Sequence record: SRR20825006_2659
Strand: one strand, 5' to 3'
Length of the DNA stretch: 47,861 bases
Below the pieces are notes generated by a model. The model was not told where the DNA came from. It did not search any database and saw nothing but the letters and a program-made list of their open reading frames with translations. Below, piece by piece: positions 20,014 through 29,531 of the stretch. The position numbers were made by a program, and so were the translations under genes. Position 1 is the first letter of the stretch. Each line of letters starts with the position of its first letter.

Positions 20014-20221
20014 TAGTTGATCGTAATTATAATTTTGTTGGAATGTTCAAGAATATTAAACGAATTAATCCAATCGTAGATAGCCAATTATTTAGGAAAT
20101 GAGAATGTAGTAATAATTACTTTCATAGCATGGTCGTGTTTATTGGAATTAAATAGATTTAAAGATTAATATAAACCAATAGAGTGGTTGAAAAATTTAC
20201 TGAGTAGCTTCTACAAATCAT

Positions 20222-20839
20222 ATGTTTACAATAAATATAATGCATGCTTTTAAAAGACCGCTGAGTCTAATTTTAGCTTGTATGGGGTTTTCAGCTGTTA
20301 TATTCTTCGTTTTTATAATAGCGAGTACAGGGTCCATTTATATAAACGCTCTAGACAGACTTGATGGAACAACGCTTTTAATGATCAGCGTTTTATTGAT
20401 TAAAAGCGTTTGGGTTTATAGGAATTTGCCAGACACGATTTCTTTTGGCAACTCGGTTGTTATAGTTTTAGCCTTCATATATACATTTGAGAGTGTATAT
20501 AAATTTCTATTCTTTGATTGGGTAACTAACCCTGCAGATCTAAGAGTGCTATTATTACAAATTGGTACAGTTTCAGTAATTATGTTACCTATAGGCTATA
20601 AAAGTTTACAAGTTACAAAAACAGTCGTTGGGTTTATAATTCTTTATGTCGCATTTATGTTTATATGGTGGATTTTTGGCTATCCACAAATATTTGAAGA
20701 CGTAGATAATAGAGTGATATTCTTAGGTGCGGATCGTATTCATGTAAGCCTGAATCAAGTTTTTATCTGGAACAGGGTTGCCAAATTATGGCTTTTTTTA
20801 GCTTTTATATTTTCGATAAGGATAAATAATCGGAAATGA
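20222..20839 (+). CDS. Hypothetical polytopic membrane protein
   Basis: About six hydrophobic segments; no recognised family; start may be the ATG at 20240. Confidence 0.65.
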   Translation: MFTINIMHAFKRPLSLILACMGFSAVIFFVFIIASTGSIYINALDRLDGTTLLMISVLLIKSVWVYRNLPDTISFGNSVVIVLAFIYTFESVYKFLFFDWVTNPADLRVLLLQIGTVSVIMLPIGYKSLQVTKTVVGFIILYVAFMFIWWIFGYPQIFEDVDNRVIFLGADRIHVSLNQVFIWNRVAKLWLFLAFIFSIRINNRK

Positions 20840-21054
20840 CTTTACATCTTCTGAGAAAGGGCTAAATAGAAGTACGGTATTTATCTGTTTGCAAGTGCTT
20901 ATGTGATGAGAAGATAATTAAGTTCCAATTCAGCAGAAATTTAGATTGAAATGGGTTTTAGGATGAAACCGAAGGCAAGATTATGTATATTAAAATGACC
21001 ATAAAGCCGTAGATGGCGTTCTGAGAAAACAAACCATAAAAACGAGGTAGAGTT

Positions 21055-21273
21055 ATGATTAGACCTATGTTTGGTTTCCGCCCGAAGCCTAAGAAATTTG
21101 ATTTACCGTTAAGATACTACGATCCTGAAAAGGAAGAGCGGGAGAATAATAGAGAACGTAGAAACATTACGTTTGAGACACACAACAGAGTACGCCCAAA
21201 GCAATTTTCTAGAGTTGTTTCGCTTGCTGTATTATTAGGTCTAGTTGTATATATCATTTCACTTTTAAGCTGA
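21055..21273 (+). CDS. Small hypothetical membrane-anchored protein
   Basis: GAGG upstream; basic N-terminus with RYYDPEKEER and a C-terminal TM; ends 9 nt before mutL. Confidence 0.7.
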   Translation: MIRPMFGFRPKPKKFDLPLRYYDPEKEERENNRERRNITFETHNRVRPKQFSRVVSLAVLLGLVVYIISLLS

Positions 21274-21282
21274 GTTTAACCC

Positions 21283-23121
21283 TTGAGCGAGACGCGTACC
21301 CGCAATTCTATCATACATCAATTACCTCCGGAAATAAGTAATAAGATTGCCGCTGGTGAAGTTATTCAAAGACCTTCATCAGTAGTTAAAGAATTACTCG
21401 ATAATTCTATCGATTCTGGGGCAGACTCCATTAAAATTATAATTGAGAGAGCTGGCCGTACACTTATACAAGTTATTGATAATGGCTGTGGAATGAGTGA
21501 GGATGATCTTGTGCTTTGCTTTGAACGCCACGCTACGTCAAAAATAAATTCTGTAGACGATCTGTTTCGCATAAAAACGCTGGGTTTTAGAGGTGAAGCA
21601 ATGGCTTCAATAGCCTCAATTTCTCAAGTATCTGTTCGCTCTAAAAGAGCTGAAGACGAAAACGGCTGGGAATTTGAAATATGGGGTGGTAAGGAAAAAG
21701 AACCTGTACCCGTTGCAACCGATAACGGAACTTCAATTTCGGTTCGGAATTTATTTTTTAATGTGCCGGCGAGACGTCAATTTCTAAAAACGGACGTGAC
21801 CGAGCTTCGACATATTTTGCGTACTGTTCAATACGCGGCTTTGGCTAATACAGAAGTTGCCTTTCAAGTTATTGCTGATTCTGAAGAAATTTATAATTTA
21901 CCAGCTCAATCCCTTAAAGAAAGAGTTACGGCAATCTTTGGAGCTCCCTATAAAGCGAGTCTTATTAAGTTTGAAGAACAAACTAGTTATGTCCGTATTT
22001 TTGGCTTTGCATCAGATCCTAAATTGGCGAAGAAAAGCAGGGGAGAGCAGTTTCTATTTGTGAATGGACGACCATTTCAACATCGCTACCTGACTCATGT
22101 TATTTTGAGTTTATATGATGCTTGGACTAGAAATAATGAGTATCCATTTTATGCGCTATTTTTCGAAATTGATCCGTCTAAGGTTGATGTTAATGTGCAT
22201 CCATCTAAAATGGAAGTGAAGTTTGAAGACGAAAGAAGTGTAATTCAGCTAGCACGATCGGTTGTAAATAGAGCTCTTAATACTCATTTTCAAGTTCCTA
22301 ATATCCAACCTGATGAGAGTTCTTTTTTAAGCGATGATTTTGGAAAAGGATTTGATACAGGAATGAGTTTTAACAAACCTGAATTGGGAACAAGGGATCA
22401 AACTGGATTTCATATTCCATCCAGAATTAATAAAAATTCAATGGACGGGAATGGGGACCATTTTGCGGGACAGATGTATGCTCGGAAAGATGGATTGAGT
22501 TCTAAGAGTGGTGAAGGTCTTGCTTTTTCTAATTCAGAGTCTACTTCTAACAAACCCTCAGAAAAAAGCTTTTGGCAGCTCCACAATACTTTTATAGTTA
22601 CCCAAACTAGAACTGGAGTTTGCTTAATTGACCAGCACTTAGCTCATAAGAGAATTATTTTTGAAAAGGCTTTAACTGCATCTGAATCAGCATTGCCTAG
22701 TACCCAACAACTGCTCTTTGCTCAAACAATGGAGCTTTCGGCAAGTGATTACACATTGTTGAAAGAATTGCATCCTATTTTGCAGCGTATGGGATTCTCA
22801 GTGCAACTTTTAAGCGGAAATACAGCAATGATTAATGGTGTTCCTGCTGATATTGAAATTGGTAATGAACAAGAAGTGTTAGTTGAAATGCTTCATCAGT
22901 ACCAAGAACTTGGACAGAAATTACAACTCGAAGCACGTGAAAAACTAGCGATAGCTTTTGCATCGAAGGCAGCAATTCCAAGAGGGAAAAAGCTAAGCGA
23001 GGAAGAAATGGAAGCTTTAGTAGACCAACTTTTTGCATGTGATCAGCCTTATTTAGACCCTTTGCAAAAGCCTACAATAGTGTATCTTTCTCTGGATGAG
23101 ATACAATCTAGGTTTAGGTAA
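21283..23121 (+). CDS. mutL: DNA mismatch repair protein MutL
   Basis: NKIAAGEVIQRPSSVVKELLDNSIDSG, RHATSKI, LGFRGEAMASI, VDVNVHPSKMEV; TTG start. Confidence 0.96.
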   Translation: MSETRTRNSIIHQLPPEISNKIAAGEVIQRPSSVVKELLDNSIDSGADSIKIIIERAGRTLIQVIDNGCGMSEDDLVLCFERHATSKINSVDDLFRIKTLGFRGEAMASIASISQVSVRSKRAEDENGWEFEIWGGKEKEPVPVATDNGTSISVRNLFFNVPARRQFLKTDVTELRHILRTVQYAALANTEVAFQVIADSEEIYNLPAQSLKERVTAIFGAPYKASLIKFEEQTSYVRIFGFASDPKLAKKSRGEQFLFVNGRPFQHRYLTHVILSLYDAWTRNNEYPFYALFFEIDPSKVDVNVHPSKMEVKFEDERSVIQLARSVVNRALNTHFQVPNIQPDESSFLSDDFGKGFDTGMSFNKPELGTRDQTGFHIPSRINKNSMDGNGDHFAGQMYARKDGLSSKSGEGLAFSNSESTSNKPSEKSFWQLHNTFIVTQTRTGVCLIDQHLAHKRIIFEKALTASESALPSTQQLLFAQTMELSASDYTLLKELHPILQRMGFSVQLLSGNTAMINGVPADIEIGNEQEVLVEMLHQYQELGQKLQLEAREKLAIAFASKAAIPRGKKLSEEEMEALVDQLFACDQPYLDPLQKPTIVYLSLDEIQSRFR

Positions 23122-23125
23122 ACGT

Positions 23126-24250
23126 ATGAATATCCTTGCTATCGAGCCTTTTTATAGTGGTTCCCATAAAGCTTTTTTAAAAGGCTTAGAGAAACATTCC
23201 AGCCATAACATTATTCCGATAAAGCTCAATTATAAAGGCTGGAAATGGAGAATGCATGGCGACTCCGTTACGTTATCGGAGCTTACAAACGAAGTTGAAG
23301 AGGATATTGATTTACTATTAACCAGTAGCATGACCAATCTCCCAGCTTTTTTAGCACTTACAAATCCTCGTTTCGCTTATACGCCGAAAATCATGTACAT
23401 GCATGATAATCAGTTTACGCGGCCTATTCCTGAAGGGGAAACTAGAGATTTAACGTTTTGCTATATTAACTATTTAAGTATGTTAGTGGCAGATAAACTT
23501 CTTTTTTCATCGCAGTTTCACTTAGACGATTTGTTGGATGCTTTGCCTAAATTTCTCAATAATTTTCCTGATGATAAGCACTACAAAACCGTAGATCAGA
23601 TTAGGGAAAAGAGTATAGTGATGTATCCTGGTTTAGATTTAAAGCATTTTGATAACCAACCAGATACAAGAGAAAGTAACCCAAATCCAGTAATTGTTTG
23701 GAATCAGCGGTGGCAGTTTGATAGAAACCCAGCCATGTTTTTTCGCGTTTTAAATCGGCTTAATGATATTGACCTGAAATTTGATTTGATTCTAGCAGGA
23801 GATAGTAAACATGAAAAACCTGCTGAGTTCGAAAGAGCTTGGCAACGCTATGGAACTCAAATTAGCCATTTTGGTTATGTTGAAGACATTGAGAGTTATA
23901 GCAAGCTCCTTCATTCTGGGGATATTGTAATTTCTACGGCTACTTACGAGTTCTTTTGTACCCCAATAATGGAAGCTATTTATTGTGGCTGCCATCCTCT
24001 ATTGCCAAAGTCACTTCACTACCCTGAACTTATACCAGAACACCTTAAAAAGCCTTTATTACATGCACCAGTGCTTTATGAGACGGAAGATGAGTTGTTC
24101 TACATCCTCAGAGATTTACTTTCAGCAAAGACGAAATCCTTACCAAAATCATCGTTACAGACAATTAACAAACACCTTGATTGGAGTCAAAAGATCAAAG
24201 ACTACGATAAGCTGTTTGAAGAAATGGTCTATAGCTCCAAAGAGCTATAG
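23126..24250 (+). CDS. DUF3524 / GTDC1 (tRNA-queuosine alpha-mannosyltransferase)-like GT-B glycosyltransferase
   Basis: MNILAIEPFYSGSHK, WKWRM, YMHDNQ, WNQRWQFDRNP, EFFCTPIMEAIYCGCHPLLP..LHYPE (E-x7-E); ATG at 23126 is 4 nt after the mutL stop. Confidence 0.85.
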   Translation: MNILAIEPFYSGSHKAFLKGLEKHSSHNIIPIKLNYKGWKWRMHGDSVTLSELTNEVEEDIDLLLTSSMTNLPAFLALTNPRFAYTPKIMYMHDNQFTRPIPEGETRDLTFCYINYLSMLVADKLLFSSQFHLDDLLDALPKFLNNFPDDKHYKTVDQIREKSIVMYPGLDLKHFDNQPDTRESNPNPVIVWNQRWQFDRNPAMFFRVLNRLNDIDLKFDLILAGDSKHEKPAEFERAWQRYGTQISHFGYVEDIESYSKLLHSGDIVISTATYEFFCTPIMEAIYCGCHPLLPKSLHYPELIPEHLKKPLLHAPVLYETEDELFYILRDLLSAKTKSLPKSSLQTINKHLDWSQKIKDYDKLFEEMVYSSKEL

Positions 24251-24253
24251 TTT

Positions 24254-25534
24254 TTAGATTGATTCCACAAAAAGGAGAATTAAGCGAAAGTAATCTTCGA
24301 ACTCGGTTAATGGAAGTGTCTCTGGTCGGTCATAGATATCGTGGTAAGCTTTGATTCCACCCAAGGTGTATATGAAGAAAGAGGGGACATCTTTTCTGTC
24401 GAACATGCAGTGATCACTATTACAAGCTGCTCCTCGAATTTTTACTTCGGCTAATAAATTGTGATCGGCATTGATTTTTTTAAGCTGATTAAATTTTTCT
24501 TGATATACAGACCCATTTACAACTTGGATTCCTTCTTCTCCAGTACCAGTTAAATCAAAGTTGACAAGGAATTTAATTCTAGAGAGTTCGAAAAGAGGGT
24601 TTTCTGTAAAATACTTTGATCCCAGAATTCCAAGTTCCTCGGCACCAAATGCGATAAAAGCAGTACTATATTTTGGCTTATTTTGAGCGTAATACTTTGC
24701 AGTACTCAATAGCATTGCAACTCCACTAGCATTATCGTTAGCACCATTAAAAGTAGCTTTTTTACCCATCATACCTAGGTGATCATAATGAGCAACTAAC
24801 ACAATTAGAGAGTCAGTATTTGTGCCTTCTATATAGCCAAGAATGTTCTGAGTTTTGTATTCTTTATAGAACTTATTCTTTAGTTCTACTTCAACATTTA
24901 TTAACTCTTCGTTAAAAGCTTCGGTACTTACCGTAAATATGGGTTTAGGATTCAAAGAAGTAGAGCCTGCCCAAGTGAGCTTACTATCAGAGAGAACAAT
25001 GGTTCCTTTTGAAGGATTATTTTCGTGATATGTTAGAAAGCTAATTACAGCATTAATACGGTCATTTTCTTCTTTACTAAATGAGCTCTTATCGTAAGGA
25101 GGTATGACAATAAACTTATTGGTAGCCTCAGATAATATTTCTGTAAAAGTTGCATCAACTAGCATATCATTAGCGCTTAATGATACGGTGCTAAAGGATC
25201 CTTTTATGGAAGGTGAGCCAGCGCCAACTAGAAAGTCTCTACCAGGCATGAGTTCTTTGCCGTTGAGCTTAAATAAAATAGCATTGGGGAACGTATTTAC
25301 AGGCGTAGTAAATGTTTGAGTATAATTCTTGGAATAAGTCTGGAGTCCAATTTTCTCAAATTCAGAACGAATATATTCTGCAGCTAATTTATCTCCATTA
25401 CCGACATAACCACGTCCTTTGTACTCATCTGAAGCAAGCGTTCCAACCACTTCTTTTGCATAATCTAAGACTTGAGCAGTACTTTTAAAGCTGATGATTA
25501 ATATAAAACTAAGAAGAAGGACCGATTTTTTCAT
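24254..25534 (-). CDS. M28 family metallopeptidase, secreted
   Basis: Signal peptide STA|Q; AHYDHLG, GANDNASG, FGAEELG, SDH, YHDIYD. Confidence 0.92.
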   Translation of the reverse strand: MKKSVLLLSFILIISFKSTAQVLDYAKEVVGTLASDEYKGRGYVGNGDKLAAEYIRSEFEKIGLQTYSKNYTQTFTTPVNTFPNAILFKLNGKELMPGRDFLVGAGSPSIKGSFSTVSLSANDMLVDATFTEILSEATNKFIVIPPYDKSSFSKEENDRINAVISFLTYHENNPSKGTIVLSDSKLTWAGSTSLNPKPIFTVSTEAFNEELINVEVELKNKFYKEYKTQNILGYIEGTNTDSLIVLVAHYDHLGMMGKKATFNGANDNASGVAMLLSTAKYYAQNKPKYSTAFIAFGAEELGILGSKYFTENPLFELSRIKFLVNFDLTGTGEEGIQVVNGSVYQEKFNQLKKINADHNLLAEVKIRGAACNSDHCMFDRKDVPSFFIYTLGGIKAYHDIYDRPETLPLTEFEDYFRLILLFVESI

Positions 25535-25575
25535 TGTAGACCTTAGTAAAGAGTGTTAATAAAAGAGTATTCGTA

Positions 25576-27111
25576 CTAAAATGGGGCGTCTTCATCAGGC
25601 GCTACGTTATGAGGAAGAGGAGGCGCATCCGCAGGAGAGAAATTACTACCGCTCATTTCGTTTCCTTCACCTCCGCCTAAAAATGAATTTCCAGAGTCAG
25701 ACGAACTTAGATTTTCAAAACGAGCGTAATCTTTAATAAACTGATGCCATTTGCTACCAACAGGTCCGTTACGTTGCTTCCCAATAATTACTTCGGCAAG
25801 CCCCGCAGTGCTTTGCCCTTCTGGAGTTGTTGCAATTCCATAATACTCTGGTCGGTATAAAAACATTACAATATCAGCATCCTGTTCTATGGAACCTGAT
25901 TCACGTAAATCACTAAGCTGTGGCCGTTTATCACCACCACGTTGTTCTACAGCTCTACTTAACTGAGACAATGCAATTACCGGAACATCGAGCTCTTTGG
26001 CTAGCGATTTTAGCCCTCGGGAAATAGAAGCAATTTCTTGTTCACGGCTACCAGAGTCTTTAGCAGAGCCTTGCATCAACTGGAGATAATCAACTACAAT
26101 CATTCCAATATTATGTTCACTTTTTAAACGGCGACATTTGGTTCGCAATTCCATTAAGGTAATTGCGGGAGTATCATCAATAAATAAATCGGCAGTAAAA
26201 AGTCTACCAGCGGCATCAATAAGGTGCTTAAAGCTTTCGTCGTTTAGAGTTCCTTTTCGAGCTTCATCAGCACGCACTCTAGCTTCCATTGTGAGAAGAC
26301 GTTGGACTAAAGACTGGTTCGACATCTCCAAAGAAAAGATAGCTACTGGAGTTTTAAGCTCTGCATCGGGGTGCATAGCTGCATTTCTTGCAGCAGTAAG
26401 TACAAAAGCTGTTTTACCCATAGAAGGGCGAGCCGCAATAATAATTAAATCTCCTTTTTGCCAACCGGCCGTCATCTGGTCGATTGCCAAACCTGAAGGA
26501 ACACCTGTAATACCATACTTTTTACCACGCATATCTTCCAGATACTGAAGTGTATCTTTTAAGATATCTGAAACAGGTTGAGCAGCACTTCTATTTTTTT
26601 GATTAGCTAAGTCGAATATCTTTTGCTCAGCATCATCTAAAACATCGTATGCATCACTGGTAGAGTCGTAAGAGTCTTTTATTACATCCGTACAGCTAAG
26701 TATCAAGTTACGCTTTATCGCCTTCTCTGTGATAATTTGTGCGTGATATTCAATATTTGCTGCAGAGCTAACAGAACGTGTTAAATCTGATAAATATGTT
26801 GAACCACCGCATACATCTAGTAAACCGCGGTCACGAAGTTCGTTCTCAACGGTTAAAAGATCTAGTGGATTATCACGTTCAAATAAGTTGGTAAGCGTCT
26901 CGTAAATATGACGATGAGCAGGTTTATAGAAATCATCAGGTTTCAACATTTGTAACGCGATAGTTGCAGCACCGTGTTCAATAAGCATAGCACCCAATAC
27001 CGCTTCCTCAACTTCTACAGCTTGTGGTGGAACTCTGCCTTCTTGTTCAAGAAGAGCATTTACATCTTTCTTCTTATTGTTGTTATATCCTGAACCGTTG
27101 TTTTTTGCCAT
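25576..27111 (-). CDS. dnaB: Replicative DNA helicase DnaB
   Basis: PPQAVEVEEAVLG, AARPSMGKT, FSLEM, VDYLQL, LSQLSRAVEQR, SDLRESGSIEQDAD, KQRNGP; no intein. Confidence 0.97.
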   Translation of the reverse strand: MAKNNGSGYNNNKKKDVNALLEQEGRVPPQAVEVEEAVLGAMLIEHGAATIALQMLKPDDFYKPAHRHIYETLTNLFERDNPLDLLTVENELRDRGLLDVCGGSTYLSDLTRSVSSAANIEYHAQIITEKAIKRNLILSCTDVIKDSYDSTSDAYDVLDDAEQKIFDLANQKNRSAAQPVSDILKDTLQYLEDMRGKKYGITGVPSGLAIDQMTAGWQKGDLIIIAARPSMGKTAFVLTAARNAAMHPDAELKTPVAIFSLEMSNQSLVQRLLTMEARVRADEARKGTLNDESFKHLIDAAGRLFTADLFIDDTPAITLMELRTKCRRLKSEHNIGMIVVDYLQLMQGSAKDSGSREQEIASISRGLKSLAKELDVPVIALSQLSRAVEQRGGDKRPQLSDLRESGSIEQDADIVMFLYRPEYYGIATTPEGQSTAGLAEVIIGKQRNGPVGSKWHQFIKDYARFENLSSSDSGNSFLGGGEGNEMSGSNFSPADAPPLPHNVAPDEDAPF

Positions 27112-27205
27112 AAAGTTAAAATAGCCGCTTTCACTTCAGTTGAAGAGAAATGAAATTCACTTTGATTAAAATTGTTTAGAAAAAGGAGCTTTCCAGATTA
27201 ATTAA

Positions 27206-27281
27206 AGTAATTAATTACTGAAAACTAAATTTGAGTTGTTTTGAACAAACTATCCACACGATGTCAACAAAATTGTTAACA
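27206..27281. promoter_or_regulatory. DnaA-box-like sites and AT-rich palindrome upstream of dnaB
   Basis: CTATCCACA (27250-27258, one mismatch to TTATCCACA), ATGTCAACA, TTGTTAACA; perfect palindrome AGTAATTAATTACT at 27206-27219. Confidence 0.4.
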
Positions 27282-27291
27282 CTTTGGGTTA

Positions 27292-28113
27292 TTAAGGCTT
27301 ACCGCCTAGTTCATCGTAACGCTCGCGCAGTAGCTGAACATCTTCCCAAGTAGGACGTTTCCAATTCGGATTTCTTAAGAGAGCGGCAGGGTGGTAGGTT
27401 GCCATTAATTCACGACCATGAAACTCATGAAATTGTTGACGCATGTCTTTTAACGACATGTCTTTGCCTAAAAGCGTAATTGCAGATATTCGCCCAACAC
27501 AAAGTACTAATTTGGGATTAATGAGTTCAATTTGGCGTAGTAGATAGGGGAGACTGCGTTTACGCTCGTCAGGTTTTGGATCTCGGTTATTCGGCGGACG
27601 ATGCTTTAGAATATTTGCTATATAAATATCATCGCGAGTAAAGTTAATTGCTTCCATAATTTGGTCTAGCAACTTACCGGCTCTACCAACAAAAGGCTCT
27701 CCAACTTTATCTTCATTTACGCCAGGAGCTTCGCCAACAATCAACAAATCTGCATTAGGGTTTCCAACACCGAAAACGAGGTTAGTTCCTTCTAAGTCAG
27801 TTCTAAGAACTTCTTCTTTCTCACAAAGTGCTTTTAATTCATCTAGAGTTGAGCACTGAGCAATTAAATCTGATTTAGAAGGCATAGAAACTGTTTTTTC
27901 TTTAATGGTAGGAGGCGACTGAGGTTCTGTATCTTGAGTTGTTTCGGAAAAAGATACAGAGGGCTCCTCAACTTTAGTTGATTTTATAACTGGTTCTTCA
28001 GCAGGTTTGGTAGCATCAATTTTAGTTGAAAAATCACCATAAAGCTCACGTTGCTGTTTAATAAGGTTTATTGAGCGTTCAATAAGTTCGTCGGGACTAA
28101 AAGAATCTGACAT
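27292..28113 (-). CDS. Uracil-DNA glycosylase family 4
   Basis: [50 protein letters not shown]. Confidence 0.93.
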   Translation of the reverse strand: MSDSFSPDELIERSINLIKQQRELYGDFSTKIDATKPAEEPVIKSTKVEEPSVSFSETTQDTEPQSPPTIKEKTVSMPSKSDLIAQCSTLDELKALCEKEEVLRTDLEGTNLVFGVGNPNADLLIVGEAPGVNEDKVGEPFVGRAGKLLDQIMEAINFTRDDIYIANILKHRPPNNRDPKPDERKRSLPYLLRQIELINPKLVLCVGRISAITLLGKDMSLKDMRQQFHEFHGRELMATYHPAALLRNPNWKRPTWEDVQLLRERYDELGGKP

Positions 28114-29447
28114 TAACCGATAAGCTCCTGTATAGTTTTTTGTTCGTCAATAACTTCGTTAGGAAGTTTTCCAAAATGGAAACCATCTTTAGAGCGAGAT
28201 CCAATTTCAACATCAATAATGGAGTTTACTAATCGAGGATTGAACGGTGTAGCTATACGAACGTAATTATTAGTCCAGCCAAGCATGAAGCCATCTTTGT
28301 TCTCTTCTTCAAACAAAACAGGACGTGTTTGTCCTTCAAACCGAGCATCAAAATCGAATCGCTTTATATCAGAAAGTCGGCGAAGTTTATGAGTTCGTTT
28401 TTTACGTTCGGCTTTATCAACTATTGGCTTCAAAGTAAGCGCATGTGTGTTTGGTCGTTCTGAATAAGTAAAAACATGCAGATAAGAAACATCGAGTGAG
28501 TTTATAAAGTCGAATGACTCTTGGAAAAGCTCGTCAGTTTCACCAGGATGGCCGGTGATTACATCCACACCAATACAAGCATCCGGAATAAGTTTACGAA
28601 TCAACTCTACACGACCTTTATACAAGTCTGAGTTGTAACGTCGACGCATGGTCTTCAACATTTCATCGGATCCACTTTGTAAGGGAAGATGAAAGTGAGG
28701 CTGCAATTTCTTTGACTCTGCCGCAAAATGGATAATATCCTCGTGGAGCAAGTTCGGTTCAATAGAAGAGACTCGTAAGCGCTCAAGTCCGTCTACATGT
28801 TCTAAAGCCTGAAGCATTTGAAAGAAGTTCTCGTCGGTACCGTATCCAAAATCTCCAGAGTTTACGCCTGTTATAATAATTTCTTGAAATCCTTCTTCAA
28901 CTAATTGTTGTGCATTTCTGACAACCGTAGATATTTTTGGACTTCGGCTTGCACCACGTGCTAATGGAATGGTGCAAAACGCACATTTATAGTTACAACC
29001 ATCTTGAACTTTAAGAAAAGCTCGAGTTCTATCATCGGAAGAAAATGCATTATGGAAATCAACCGCTTCATTAACATCGGTGTTATGAATGATGGTTTTT
29101 TCCTGTTTCACAAAATCATCGAAAAGGTCGAGGAGCTTAAACTTATCTTTAGCGCCAAGAACTACATCTACGCCTTCAATTAGAGCAATTTCTTCAGGTT
29201 CAAGCTGTGCGTAACATCCCACAACAGCTACAAAAGCTTCTGGGTTGCGGCGTAAAGCTTGGCGTACGGTTTTTCTACAAGCGCTGTTAGCATCCATGGT
29301 AACAGAGCAGGTATTTATAATATAGATATCGGCTTCTTCATTGAATTCACCCAATGCAAATCCTTCAATCTCAAAATCTCTGCGCATCGATGATGTTTCA
29401 GAAAAGTTGAGCTTACAGCCTAGAGTTTCAAATGCTACTTTTTTCAT
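28113..29447 (-). CDS. mtaB: tRNA t6A37 methylthiotransferase MtaB
   Basis: TLGCKLNFSET, INTCSVT, GCYAQ, RTRAFLKVQDGCNYKCAFC (radical SAM CxxxCxxC), LHVFTYSERPNT. Confidence 0.93.
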   Translation of the reverse strand: MKKVAFETLGCKLNFSETSSMRRDFEIEGFALGEFNEEADIYIINTCSVTMDANSACRKTVRQALRRNPEAFVAVVGCYAQLEPEEIALIEGVDVVLGAKDKFKLLDLFDDFVKQEKTIIHNTDVNEAVDFHNAFSSDDRTRAFLKVQDGCNYKCAFCTIPLARGASRSPKISTVVRNAQQLVEEGFQEIIITGVNSGDFGYGTDENFFQMLQALEHVDGLERLRVSSIEPNLLHEDIIHFAAESKKLQPHFHLPLQSGSDEMLKTMRRRYNSDLYKGRVELIRKLIPDACIGVDVITGHPGETDELFQESFDFINSLDVSYLHVFTYSERPNTHALTLKPIVDKAERKKRTHKLRRLSDIKRFDFDARFEGQTRPVLFEEENKDGFMLGWTNNYVRIATPFNPRLVNSIIDVEIGSRSKDGFHFGKLPNEVIDEQKTIQELIG

Positions 29448-29531
29448 GGCGGTAAAGATAAGGAGATTGTGTGGCTTTCCGAAAAGTTTAGTACGTTTCA
29501 GTACAATCTAAATCAAAATAATTTTTTTACT

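Noticed and set aside
23096-23125. N-terminal extension of the glycosyltransferase overlapping mutL, or a mutL fusion
   Set aside because: mutL ends normally at 23121 and family similarity begins at the ATG at 23126
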